A DNA stretch of 64,000 bases from Nemertoderma westbladi (taxonomy: Eukaryota; Animalia; Xenacoelomorpha). A program made the position numbers and the translations under genes. Of this stretch, positions 27,020 to 37,484 are shown one piece after another. The notes beneath the pieces were generated by a model that ran no database searches, had not been told where the DNA came from, and saw only the letters and a program-made list of their open reading frames with translations. The stretch lies in the NCBI GenBank assembly GCA_032718475.1, contig JAUCBJ010008092.1, positions 48,315-112,314 on the forward strand, in the 5' to 3' direction. Within the stretch, counting starts at the first letter, position 1, and the number at the start of each line of letters is the position of its first letter.

Positions 27020-30000
27020 TCACGAGTCAGCCGCCGCCTGTTGCGCGCACCCTATAGAGACCTCACCTCTTTCAGTACGCGCCTTCTCCGACGCTCCCTG
27101 CGCCTTGTGCTGCAACCTTTGCGCTTCTATAATAGAGTGATAGTGGTCGTCCTTGACTTGACGCTTGTCTCGGACCTCTCCTCCTGGTTCTTTCCGCGAG
27201 CCTTGAGCTCCAGCGGTCGACGTTGTGGTCGCTGCAATCCTCTGTTCCTGTATCCTCTCAGCGGTCAATGACCCCACTGGCACATGAGTCAACAAGAATT
27301 CGTTGCGGTATTGTATAGCCGCCATCCTCCAATCACCTCGTGCGCGTACCACTTTTCTAGTCTCCGAAAATACACCCTTCGTGATTCGATCGCAAATAGC
27401 AACGAAGTTCCAAGTGTATTTGTTATCCATATTCAACTGCCTGAAGTATTCTCGGACTACGATAACTCCAGTGTTCTGTGGAAGGTCTTGAGCAGTTAGG
27501 ATGAGCTCCTGATATTGTGGTAGCGACTGTAGATATGGCTCGTACGCAACATGTGATGGGTCTACCGCCCAAAATCCATATCCCGCCTTGAATGGTAACC
27601 AACGCATCTGCGCTTGAATATGGTAGTCAGCCACACTCTCCCACTTATCTAACATCTCCCGAAGTAGGTTAGCGCTATGGTTTTGGAAGGAATCATCTCG
27701 CAGCTGACATCTCGCGCTACAATGTCCCTTTACCCCACAATATCCACATTGAGAAATGAAGACGGTGCACGTGTGAAACGAATGGTCGGTCTCATTACAC
27801 CAACGACAGACCTTATGCGCCGCCTCTACTACCGCGTCGCACGACTTTAGATTGTGCCTTGTGCTGCCGCACAACTTGCACCTACGCGCTTGTGGAAACC
27901 AGGCCCTCTCGTATATGAGGTCTCCAATCGGTTTTGCACTTCCTTCTTTCCCAATGTCTAATACGATGTCGTCCTCTCCGGTCAGCGGTTGTCGATCCGG
28001 AACAAAGTAAACATCCTCGCCCTTGTCCTCTATCTCCAATATTTCCTCCCGCGTTCGTTTCGGATATGTCTTCTCCACCGGAAGATCTACTCCGAACACC
28101 TCTACTAACGTCTCCGGCCAGCCCTCCTTAACAGGTCTATCAGCCTCCGAGTGGAAGGGAGTACCAAACCCGCGGGTTTGATTCCCGAACCACTTCTCCA
28201 AAGCTTCTGGCGTCGGATATTCCATCGACGGTCGGTCTCCCAAATCTCCGATGTTCTGTCGATATACTCCTTCGAATATCGCTAATCCTCTCCTAACCAT
28301 CAACGTATTCTCTAACGATTGGTTGAAGAACGGGGTTAAGAAACGCTTCATCACGTCGGATTGGATTCCCCCTTTCGAGCGAACGTATTGATCTCCTCCG
28401 AATACCAATGGATGACGCTTCAAAACTCGCGCAACGATATCCGCTAATAAACAAGTCACCGTGTTCGACTCAAGCACCAAATAATATTGTAGCGACGCAC
28501 GGGGTGGCGCGCAAATGTTCCAATACACTAACGCTTACCGCTTGAAGTGGGATTTGAACTCCGCTCCTGGTGGCGTGTTGTATTCGCCATACGCCTCCTC
28601 GTATTTCTTCTGTGTCTTTAACTTAAAGTCCCAATTATACAATAAGTGTGCTATGAAGCCCATGCCAGTCTTGGAAGAGTTGGGATACTCCCTATAAATT
28701 CCAATATCCTGTGCCCATAGCAACAATAGCTTGGTGTCGACAAACGGTCTCGGCAATCTATCTTACAGATCAGTCATGGCGTTGAAGTCACTCTCCAAAT
28801 CGCTCTGGACTCCCGATCCCACCTTGACGTAATCTTGGTTGAGAATAGCCTCTCTAACTTTCTTGGGTAGCATCCTGGCGTCGATACGCTCCGCTCCGTG
28901 CATACCTCCTCGCCTGCATACCTCCAAAATCTGCTCCCTAGGATCCTTCCCCTTCCGATATTGTGTCGTTATGATGGGCTCTGGTCTCTCTCGATCCGCC
29001 CTCACACGCATAAACACATGAGTCACACCATCGGCCGCACGAATCTGAATGCACTTGCTAGTCAAACATTCTTGATGGGACCCTCCTTCATTGTCACAAA
29101 ACATCACCCTCCAATCTTGCAGTGATTCCTCCGTTTTCCTCCACTGACGCTGAATCTCGTCTGATGGGGTCCACATGCGCTCGATAGCCTTGTGGTCATC
29201 ATATCGGGTATAAGAACCCTTCCTCCTCAGCCACGTCTGGTCTACCTCCTCGTCATCTGGGAATGTAGCCACCGCAACCCATACCTTGATGTACTTATCC
29301 AACCATCCAAATAGTTTGCTCTCCTTCCCCGGAGTTCCAATCTTATCCAATGTGTCGTAATCTGTGATCTGCATTGGGACATCACGCAAGAACTTCGCGC
29401 ATAAAACTTCCCGTAGACAGTCAACGTTCCAATGATCCGCCATTCTTACCATCGGCAAGAATCGTATCGCTTCTCGCGACTCCGGATGATCTACTAATAT
29501 CGCAGGTTCGGTGCCATCGGAATAATACACCGGTCGGGGTTGAGATACGACCTGTGGAACAAATCCGGTCACTCTCCTCGTCTCCTCTTGATGTCTATCC
29601 GCGGCCTTATTATACTCCGCTATCCTGTTCTCGAATAACTCTTTCGCCTTCGCCGCTCGCTCCTCCTGCCGCAACGCGTCTATGTCGTCCTGATGCTCAG
29701 GCGTGAGGCTTCTCACTCGGTGAGGCGAAGTAAACGCAGTCCAGGGACTCGAGAGCTCCAAACCCGCGGGTTTGGTACCCGAGTCCCGTGCCGCTTCGCG
29801 CCGCGCCTCTAGATCCTTATAGGCTCGGTACAGTGAAATGGCCGCTGCCGTCTCTATCAAACTGGGTGTCGAACAGGGTTTAATCTCCGTATACGGATCT
29901 AATGTCGTAACGGTCGGCGTAATGGGTCTCGGAGGTCGCTTTCCGCTGAAGTCGATACTGATCATCGGGTTGCTCATCGGGTAACCTCCCTCGTTGTATC

Positions 30001-30430
30001 TAAGGAACTGGTGAGCTGGACATCGCGTTAATATCGGTTCTGGATGTTGCTCGTCTAGTCGGTCAGGAATCGCCACGTCTTGCTTGTTCATGCATTCACC
30101 ACACTTGTAGAACAGCTTGTACACGCTGAAGATTTTCGGTGTCTCCTGATCCTCGCCTCGAGTCCTCCGGTACAGATGCATTCCGTCGAACTGATCTCGG
30201 ACTGCAGGTAGAGGTTCTTCGTGTCGTAAATACATATTCATATGGTACAGTCGTGCGATCTCCTCATCCGGGTCTGCACTAATGTCACATACGTCCAAAG
30301 CGAAGTCGTAGGGATACCGAGTGCGATACTCTCTCTGCAAAACTTCCATCCGGTCCCCCAACGCTCTCATTCTTTCCCTCCGTAATTCCTTATCGTAAGT
30401 AGGTTTGTATTTCCCGTTTAGCTCCATCAC
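27020..30430 (-). pseudogene. BEL accessory gene (about 1135 codons), CxxC...CxxH motif and three CCHC knuckles, two in-frame TAA stops
   Basis: ORFs 28763-30430, 28535-28756 and 27020-28528 share a frame; knuckles CKLCGSTRHNLKSC, CRWCNETDHSFHTC, CGYCGVKGHCSARC; the homologue at 11.3-12.2 kb reads across both stop positions. Confidence 0.8.
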
Positions 30431-31303
30431 GGACCGCCCATGGTAGTAAACGTTAGAATCTTTACATCCTGGTCACGCGAATGGTAGCTACGCCTCCTCT
30501 CTGGCAGTAAATCCTCTGCGCGGTTGCGCTCTAATATCCTTCTCCATTATGCCCCGCGTATATACATATATATATCCCAATAAGTGCCGTTACGTAACCA
30601 ATTACACTGTGGGTAAATCAGTTAGATGTCGCCGAAGGACAGACCTCCCGAACCCTCCCGCCTTCCAGCAGTTCAGGTTCGACTCTCTAGATCCCGTCTC
30701 TTCCTAACTAACTATCCTCTAACCTATTCCCATGCATAGCGCAAAAACTTTGGAGATAAACTGGCCGTGACCAACTCACTTTTTGATGCCCAAACTACTC
30801 CCATTACTCGTACTAGACTACAGTAGTTAGAAAGGACTATAGCCACAATACTCGACTATACCAAACCCACAGGTTTGATAATCGAACATCACACATCACT
30901 GCAAACTACTGAGTGGGGTCCATGTACGCCTCTGGTGCTACTAACCTTTAGCACCTTAGTTGCACTGTTGGCACCAATCCGTGGAAGTTGCTAAACTCAA
31001 TTTACACTCCTACGTAATATAGCCATCACCATGGTTTCTAAATGCTATTTTCCAGGCTTCACGACTTTTCAAATTACTGTTTATCTATAGACGAATTCTA
31101 AAACGCGTCTATACACAGCGTCTGGAATTGTTTTGGGTTCACTTCTAATTTTTAAAATTTTTAATTTTCCAAAAATTTTGAAAATAAAATTTTGTTTTGA
31201 TACCCACCAGACATAACTCAACGCAAATCACCACAACCCCGCTCCTATGCATTTCCTAGTATTTGCATACGAGGAATGCATACGAAGTGAGTTGCGTCCA
31301 ACA

Positions 31304-34300
31304 CTAACTCTGTTTTGAGGCAGGAGACAAATTATAATCTCCCGTCTTGATGCGTGTCTCCTCTAATAACACGATATCTTGGACCGGTCTGTCCAAGGTG
31401 TGTAAACCATTAGTTTTACACTTTTTTGGGTGCGGACACTTGCACCTAATTTTCACAGTGACTGTGCGCACTATGTTTTGCACGTCTGGGTGTATGTGCA
31501 AGATCACTCCAGTCTCCCAATACTTTATCTTGACAATTGGCTCGGTTATCAGTACGTAATCTCCCTTTTGGAGACTCCGAACCGTTTTGTACCACTTTGA
31601 TCTGGTGGATATGGTGGGAAGATAATATTCCCGCCAATATTCCCAGAATGTGTACGCTACTAATTGTGTCACTTTCCAGCTTTTACGACTATATAGGTCG
31701 GCACTAATGGGTTCTGATGCCGGCACAAGAAACACTGGACTCTGCATTAGCAAATGATTCGGCGTTAATGCAACACCGTCTGGCAACATAGCTATCGGCC
31801 TCGAGTTTAATGTATGCTCGATTTCAATGAAAGCTGTAACCAGTTCGTCGTCGGTAAGTTGTTTGTTCACAGGCAATGTTTTGGCAATGGCCTGTTTTAC
31901 AGAGCGAACTAAACGCTCCCAACTTCCTCCTCTCCAAGGACTTTCTGGAGTATTAAATCTCCACTCTACTCTTTGCGGAAAAAGTGCTGCAGAAATTTCC
32001 TTATTCTGTGCTGCTTTGTGAGTCGCGTTCAACTCGCTATTCCCTCCGACAAAGTTTGTACCCTTATCGGAGTAGAACGCCTTTACTAGTCCTCTCCTGG
32101 CCATAAATCTCTTTAAGGCCAGGAGCAGAGATTTGGTCGACATGTCTGCCACACGCTCGATATGTATGGCTCTACTAGCCATGCATGTCAGTAGCAGACC
32201 CCATCGCTTGTGGGTCAGCCGTCCACTCTTTGCTTCAATCGGACCAAAACAATCCACCCCTGTGTTCATAAAGGGTGGGTCATATGCCTGCACTCTCGCT
32301 TCCGGGAGTTCAGCCATCTCCTGTTCCAATACTCTGGCGTTCACTCTCTTGCAAACCAGACAGGCATCATACATGGTGCCTACTGCCCTGCTTGGCTGCA
32401 ATAGAATGAATCGCTGTCTCGCTGCCGACAAACAGTGTAACTTTCCCGCGTGATGTAACCTCTTGTGTATATCCCATAGAATCGCTCTTTGCAATTCTAT
32501 TGGGTGACTAGGGATTATCACTGGGAACCGAAACTGTGAGTTTATGTCGACAGTCTGGATTCTCGATCTATGACAAATCAAACCCCTATGGATTAATGGA
32601 CTCCATTTTCTAAGGGGTTTATAGAGAACTGGTCGTTGAGCCGATAATAGATGGAATTCTTTTGGGAAGGCACACATTTGATAATTTTTCAAATGCTTTA
32701 ATTCCGCTTGATCAATCTCATCCTCTGTCAGAGGTTGTTTCAATTTCTGAATTCGCTCACTATTGGCGCTCGATGGTTCTCTCAAATGTTTCGAATGTTT
32801 TAAACAAAGGTACGAAACGTAGCGGCTTAACCACGCAGTTCTTTTACAAATTGTCAGCCAAGAGGCAGACGAATATAGTAATTTGTCATAAATACTACAT
32901 GGCTCTAATGCCAGCAACGGTTGTCCGCTAACTAATGGAAGTTTCGAATCCAAACCCGCAGGTTTGGAAACCAAAGGCTCCATTTTGTCGGTCATTTTCT
33001 GTCCGTCACTTACCAACTGTGACTCTGCTTTAGTCTGTAAGGGTGGTTTTATGTCATAACTTACCCTTCCTGACCTAGTAGTCACGTAAGTCTGTTGGTC
33101 TGACAGGTCTCCGGGCCGCTCCAATGACTCTTCAGGCCGCTCCAATGACTCTTCAGGCCGCTCCAATGACTCTTCAGGCCGCTCCAATGACTCTTCAGGC
33201 CGCTCCAATGACTTGAGTTTGGCTTTAGACTTTGTATTAGAAACTTTCTCCACCTTGACTTCTGCATCTTCAGGCATCGGATTGGTCACTATCTTTAGTC
33301 GCTCTGGCCAATGTTCCTGCGTCCTCGTTAGAAAATCAGGTCCATGCAACCAAAACTCCTGAGACTCTTCCTGACAGAATTCCGCCGGCATTGCACCTCT
33401 CGAAGTTATGTCGGCCGGGTTCAACACTCCCGGACAATGTCTCCATTGTTCCTTCGTCGAAAAGTCAACGATCTGAGCGCGTCTATTTGCCACAAATGTC
33501 TTTAGTGCAATATTGTCGGCCGCAATGTATACTAACACTAAGGATGCGTCCGTCCAATAGAATAAGGTCAATGTCGTGTCTAACTCCTCAATTATCTGCT
33601 TACTTACCTCGACCGAAACTACAGCCGCCTGTAACTCTGCATGAGGGACAGTCATGTATTTGACCGGCATTGTCTTTGATCTAGAAGCTACAAAGGCCGT
33701 CTCAAACTTGTCCTGACTCACCTCTCGGCGAAGGTAGGCTACCATACCAAAGCCGGTGTCACTTGCGTCACTGAACAGATGCAGTTCGAGATCAGCTGGA
33801 AATACCAGCTGATTCGGAAAGTAGGAACGGGGTACGTCTATGTTTTTCAATAGATGTAACTCGGCTTCCCACTCCCTCCACTGCTTTGCATGTATAGGAG
33901 ATATTGGTTCGTCCCACTCTACGTCGGACAACCAAATTTTCCTCATGCACGCTCGTGCCTGTAATATAACCGGACTGATAAAGTTCATCGGGTCAAATAG
34001 TCTACTTAATGTCGATAAGCAAATTCTCTTTGTCAAAACTTTGTCTGGGCTACTGGGCTCAAATCTAACTCTTACCTGGAACTTGTCTGAGTTCGGATTC
34101 CAAGCGAGTCCCAGTACTCGCGCCATGGGGATTGGTTCTACCCCCAATTCTATGTCTCCGCTCCCGCGATCTTTCACCGGGAACGACTCTAATAGGGCCT
34201 CCGAGTTTGTAGTGAACTTGGTCAGAGGAAAACCCCCTGTAGCCAAGCACTCTTGCAGGCCGTGAGCCACTTCTATGGCTTGTTCCGCCGTGTCCTTGGA

Positions 34301-37300
34301 CACCAATCCGTCGTCCATATAGAAGTTTCTCAAGATGGACTCGATAACCTCTACTGGGTACTTACCAATCTGGGCTGTTGCCGTTTTCTTTAGAACAAAC
34401 AGCGTGCCGTTTGGACTATCGCGGGCGCCAAATATCCTAACGTACATCTGGTATGTAACCACTGGGCCGGATAAGTCTTCATTCTCATACCAGAGAAAGT
34501 GAAGGCTATCCTGGTCTGCCTTACAGGCTCTTACCTGGTGGAACATCGCCTCGATGTCACAAGTAAATGCGAATCGCCGCTGTCTAAAACGTAACAGTAT
34601 TCCAATCAAATAATTATTCAGGTTGGGACCGTCCATCAACTCTGAATTCAGGGACATGCCTCTATAGACTGCTGCGCAGTCATTGACTACTCGGACTTTA
34701 TCTGGTTTGTCAGGGTGAGTCACATAGTGGTGTGGGAGGTAATAAGTCTGGTCTGTCACTAAGTCAGGGTCCTCTACCTTCCCAGCAAATCCCTTGGCGA
34801 AATAGTTGTTGATCTGGGTGCAATACTTCTCCCTAATGTCTGGATTCTTCAACAACCGAGCCCTTACTTTTAATCTTTTCAAGGCTAAGTTGTAGTTGTT
34901 CTCCAACTTAGGTGGTTGTCGACGCCACAACATTCCAACTTCAAAATGTCCAGTCGGTAGCAGACGTATGGTGTCTTCCATCATCTCCAGCGACCGTTTC
35001 TCATCAGTGGACATGACTAGGTCATATCCACCGGGTTCCATTGCGTCCCTATCCAGCCATTCGACGGTTCTGGCTCCTGTCTCGAGGTCCTGGCGTATCA
35101 ATTCCTTCTGTAATTCCTCCTCACTGTATTGGAAAATGTCGAGGTCTCGATATTTAGCCACTTGACCCTCCACTATGTCAGTATAAGTCAAAACGTTACT
35201 CAAATAGGTAGCGTGGGCCGCTGAACCAGACCCACGGGTCTGATAACAGTAGTCTTCGGGTTCACTATCTGTCCGGTCATTATGAAGTGGTTCCGACAAC
35301 CTAACATTATCGGGAATCAACTCCTCGTCCGACTCGCTAAAGTCACTATAGTGGTCAATACAGGTTCTCCTAAACTCGTCTATGTCTGGTGGTTCTACTA
35401 ACGGTGGTTGAGTTATAGGCTGTAATTCGTCATATCTGTCTATTGGCTTGTCGCCACCTGTAAACTCATAAGACATGGGTACTCTTGTATACCAACCTAA
35501 TATAGTCCTATGGGCATGCGGTCCATTGACATGCGGCTCAGCTGGTCTCGTTTCCCATATCTGGTGTGCGATCAGCTGTTCTGCACCAATTAACATAGAA
35601 ACATTCCTATAACCTACCTGATGTCTGGGTATCCTGAGCTTGTCAAAATACTCCTGTGCTATGGGACTCATCGGCGGCACCTTACCTAACTGCCTGCCGA
35701 ATTCCTTCATAGCTAGACACTTAAATCCGTCCAATGGCAAAGCTTTCCGTTCTTGTCGGGTATGCTGGTCTCTCGGAAGTAGGGAATCTAGTTCTACCGA
35801 AATTCTGTGTCCCTTGAGGTCACCTACCCCGTGCATAGACTTCAACTCTATTTGGATCTCCTCGGCGTCCTGGAAGCTAGAAACGGCTCTCGCCACTTCC
35901 TCGTCGATATACGATAATGTGGACGCAGTGTCCAACATCACATATATTCGCTTCGATCCCTTATCGCCAGTGAGTTTCACTGGAATCACGCTAAATATTT
36001 CCGACGTGGCCGATGATAAATACGTCCGTGCGCTGGTCGATGAACTATCCGCGGTGAAACCTTGGCAGGTCACTTCTCTCGCGCTAGACTCGCCATCCTC
36101 GTCCGACGAACCTGGTTGGTAACCATCGTCCTGAATGCCGGTATACGTATTCCTTCTTATCGATACGGGTTCTTTGCTCCCCTTCCTGTGAGGATTTCGC
36201 TGTAAGTAACGGTCCGTTGGGGTATGGAAATCCGCATGTAGCAACTTGTGATGTAGTCTGCCGCATTCCATGCATCCGTCCTTGCTGTTCGGGCACTGCC
36301 GCCGTACATGACCTGGCGCAAGACATGCCCAACAGGTGTCCAACGTCCGCACTTGAACTCTTCTCTGTTCCGAATTTAATTCTTTGAACCGTCTGCAACT
36401 ATCTAACTTATGGTCGTCAGATCTTACCTCCTTTAGTAAACAGTATTGGCAACCTACAAATCCATCCGGCAACTCCTGTTGCTTTAACCTAGGTCTATCT
36501 AACCGCTCACCTGACCATACTCGCGAGTATGATCTAAAGGCTGGGGTATTCGAATTATATCTGTCTACTGAGTTAAATGTCACAGTGGTCCTGTCATCGT
36601 CAAAACTTACCATAGACTTACCGGTAACAGGTTTAGACTCTCTCATATTCTCCTCTGAGAAGTTTGATTTCATCTCTGCTACTGCGTCTGTGGCTATCAT
36701 GTCATGAATATGCTGAAGTGTCAACACCTTACCTTGACCTTCCAACTTATTCTCTAATTTGCGCCATTTCTGTCTGTAACGCATGTTTAGACGTCTTATT
36801 ACACTCTTCAAAACTTCGGCGTGATCACCATGATGAGGTAGATTCACCGTCCTCAAGATGTCCAATGCGTTTGAAATAGCGTTCGCTAAGTTCAACAGCT
36901 CTAACGGAGTTGTAATCCTTCCGCCCTTACCCAAGTCTTCTACTATCGACTGCGCCATCTTGGTTTTATTCCCGTAGATGTCACTAAGCGTCTTCATTGC
37001 CAACTCAAATGCCCTTTCATTGCCGACGAAGTTGTCAGCAATAGCTCTCGGTTCTCGATGGAGCATCTGAAGCAAATAGTTGAACTTCTCGTTGGGAGTA
37101 AAGGTGCTGTTGGTTAGCTGCTCGTTGACATAGGTTTTGAATGTCCTCCAGTGCTTGTGGTTACCCATAAACTTCTGGGGTTGTTGCGTCGGCAGTCCTT
37201 GCCTAGCAGCAAACTTACCTATGTCCCTAAGGGTTGCGTCGTTCCGGGTTAACAAATGGTTTAGTTCCGCAGGGTTGTTAAGTCTGGTCCTTTCCCGGTG

Positions 37301-37366
37301 GTTCAAACTTACCTGCTCCGCGTCCGTCCTTCTTTCCTTATAGTTTCGGGACTTCTGACGTCTCAT
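31304..37366 (-). CDS. pol: BEL/Pao polyprotein: capsid (DUF1759-like), Cys/His knuckles, protease, RT, RNase H, integrase, DUF5641-like C-terminus
   Basis: FMGNHKHWRTFK; CWAC..H..C, CMEC..HH.LLH; LDTAS; DIEAMF...YMDD; LFSDAS; DCFGP, SDKGTNF, GGSWER; LTPNHLL, FWEYWREYYL. The frame is open upstream to about 37510. Confidence 0.95.
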   Translation of the reverse strand: MRRQKSRNYKERRTDAEQVSLNHRERTRLNNPAELNHLLTRNDATLRDIGKFAARQGLPTQQPQKFMGNHKHWRTFKTYVNEQLTNSTFTPNEKFNYLLQMLHREPRAIADNFVGNERAFELAMKTLSDIYGNKTKMAQSIVEDLGKGGRITTPLELLNLANAISNALDILRTVNLPHHGDHAEVLKSVIRRLNMRYRQKWRKLENKLEGQGKVLTLQHIHDMIATDAVAEMKSNFSEENMRESKPVTGKSMVSFDDDRTTVTFNSVDRYNSNTPAFRSYSRVWSGERLDRPRLKQQELPDGFVGCQYCLLKEVRSDDHKLDSCRRFKELNSEQRRVQVRTLDTCWACLAPGHVRRQCPNSKDGCMECGRLHHKLLHADFHTPTDRYLQRNPHRKGSKEPVSIRRNTYTGIQDDGYQPGSSDEDGESSAREVTCQGFTADSSSTSARTYLSSATSEIFSVIPVKLTGDKGSKRIYVMLDTASTLSYIDEEVARAVSSFQDAEEIQIELKSMHGVGDLKGHRISVELDSLLPRDQHTRQERKALPLDGFKCLAMKEFGRQLGKVPPMSPIAQEYFDKLRIPRHQVGYRNVSMLIGAEQLIAHQIWETRPAEPHVNGPHAHRTILGWYTRVPMSYEFTGGDKPIDRYDELQPITQPPLVEPPDIDEFRRTCIDHYSDFSESDEELIPDNVRLSEPLHNDRTDSEPEDYCYQTRGSGSAAHATYLSNVLTYTDIVEGQVAKYRDLDIFQYSEEELQKELIRQDLETGARTVEWLDRDAMEPGGYDLVMSTDEKRSLEMMEDTIRLLPTGHFEVGMLWRRQPPKLENNYNLALKRLKVRARLLKNPDIREKYCTQINNYFAKGFAGKVEDPDLVTDQTYYLPHHYVTHPDKPDKVRVVNDCAAVYRGMSLNSELMDGPNLNNYLIGILLRFRQRRFAFTCDIEAMFHQVRACKADQDSLHFLWYENEDLSGPVVTYQMYVRIFGARDSPNGTLFVLKKTATAQIGKYPVEVIESILRNFYMDDGLVSKDTAEQAIEVAHGLQECLATGGFPLTKFTTNSEALLESFPVKDRGSGDIELGVEPIPMARVLGLAWNPNSDKFQVRVRFEPSSPDKVLTKRICLSTLSRLFDPMNFISPVILQARACMRKIWLSDVEWDEPISPIHAKQWREWEAELHLLKNIDVPRSYFPNQLVFPADLELHLFSDASDTGFGMVAYLRREVSQDKFETAFVASRSKTMPVKYMTVPHAELQAAVVSVEVSKQIIEELDTTLTLFYWTDASLVLVYIAADNIALKTFVANRRAQIVDFSTKEQWRHCPGVLNPADITSRGAMPAEFCQEESQEFWLHGPDFLTRTQEHWPERLKIVTNPMPEDAEVKVEKVSNTKSKAKLKSLERPEESLERPEESLERPEESLERPEESLERPGDLSDQQTYVTTRSGRVSYDIKPPLQTKAESQLVSDGQKMTDKMEPLVSKPAGLDSKLPLVSGQPLLALEPCSIYDKLLYSSASWLTICKRTAWLSRYVSYLCLKHSKHLREPSSANSERIQKLKQPLTEDEIDQAELKHLKNYQMCAFPKEFHLLSAQRPVLYKPLRKWSPLIHRGLICHRSRIQTVDINSQFRFPVIIPSHPIELQRAILWDIHKRLHHAGKLHCLSAARQRFILLQPSRAVGTMYDACLVCKRVNARVLEQEMAELPEARVQAYDPPFMNTGVDCFGPIEAKSGRLTHKRWGLLLTCMASRAIHIERVADMSTKSLLLALKRFMARRGLVKAFYSDKGTNFVGGNSELNATHKAAQNKEISAALFPQRVEWRFNTPESPWRGGSWERLVRSVKQAIAKTLPVNKQLTDDELVTAFIEIEHTLNSRPIAMLPDGVALTPNHLLMQSPVFLVPASEPISADLYSRKSWKVTQLVAYTFWEYWREYYLPTISTRSKWYKTVRSLQKGDYVLITEPIVKIKYWETGVILHIHPDVQNIVRTVTVKIRCKCPHPKKCKTNGLHTLDRPVQDIVLLEETRIKTGDYNLSPASKQS
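33113..33213 (-). repeat. 21-bp tandem repeat in pol (ESLERPE, about 5 copies)
   Basis: GGCCGCTCCAATGACTCTTCA repeated in frame between RNase H and integrase. Confidence 0.9.
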
Positions 37367-37484
37367 TTCTTCCTCTTCATCGCTTGACTTGGTGTCAGTC
37401 CTTAGCGCTCGCGATGGTTTGCGCGCCGAGGCCCTGACCCAAGCCTCCTGTATAAATTTCTCGGCCGAATTTTCGAAATTGGGA

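Noticed and set aside
27020-30430. env / fusion glycoprotein
   Set aside because: No visible signal peptide or transmembrane segment; it has CCHC knuckles instead.
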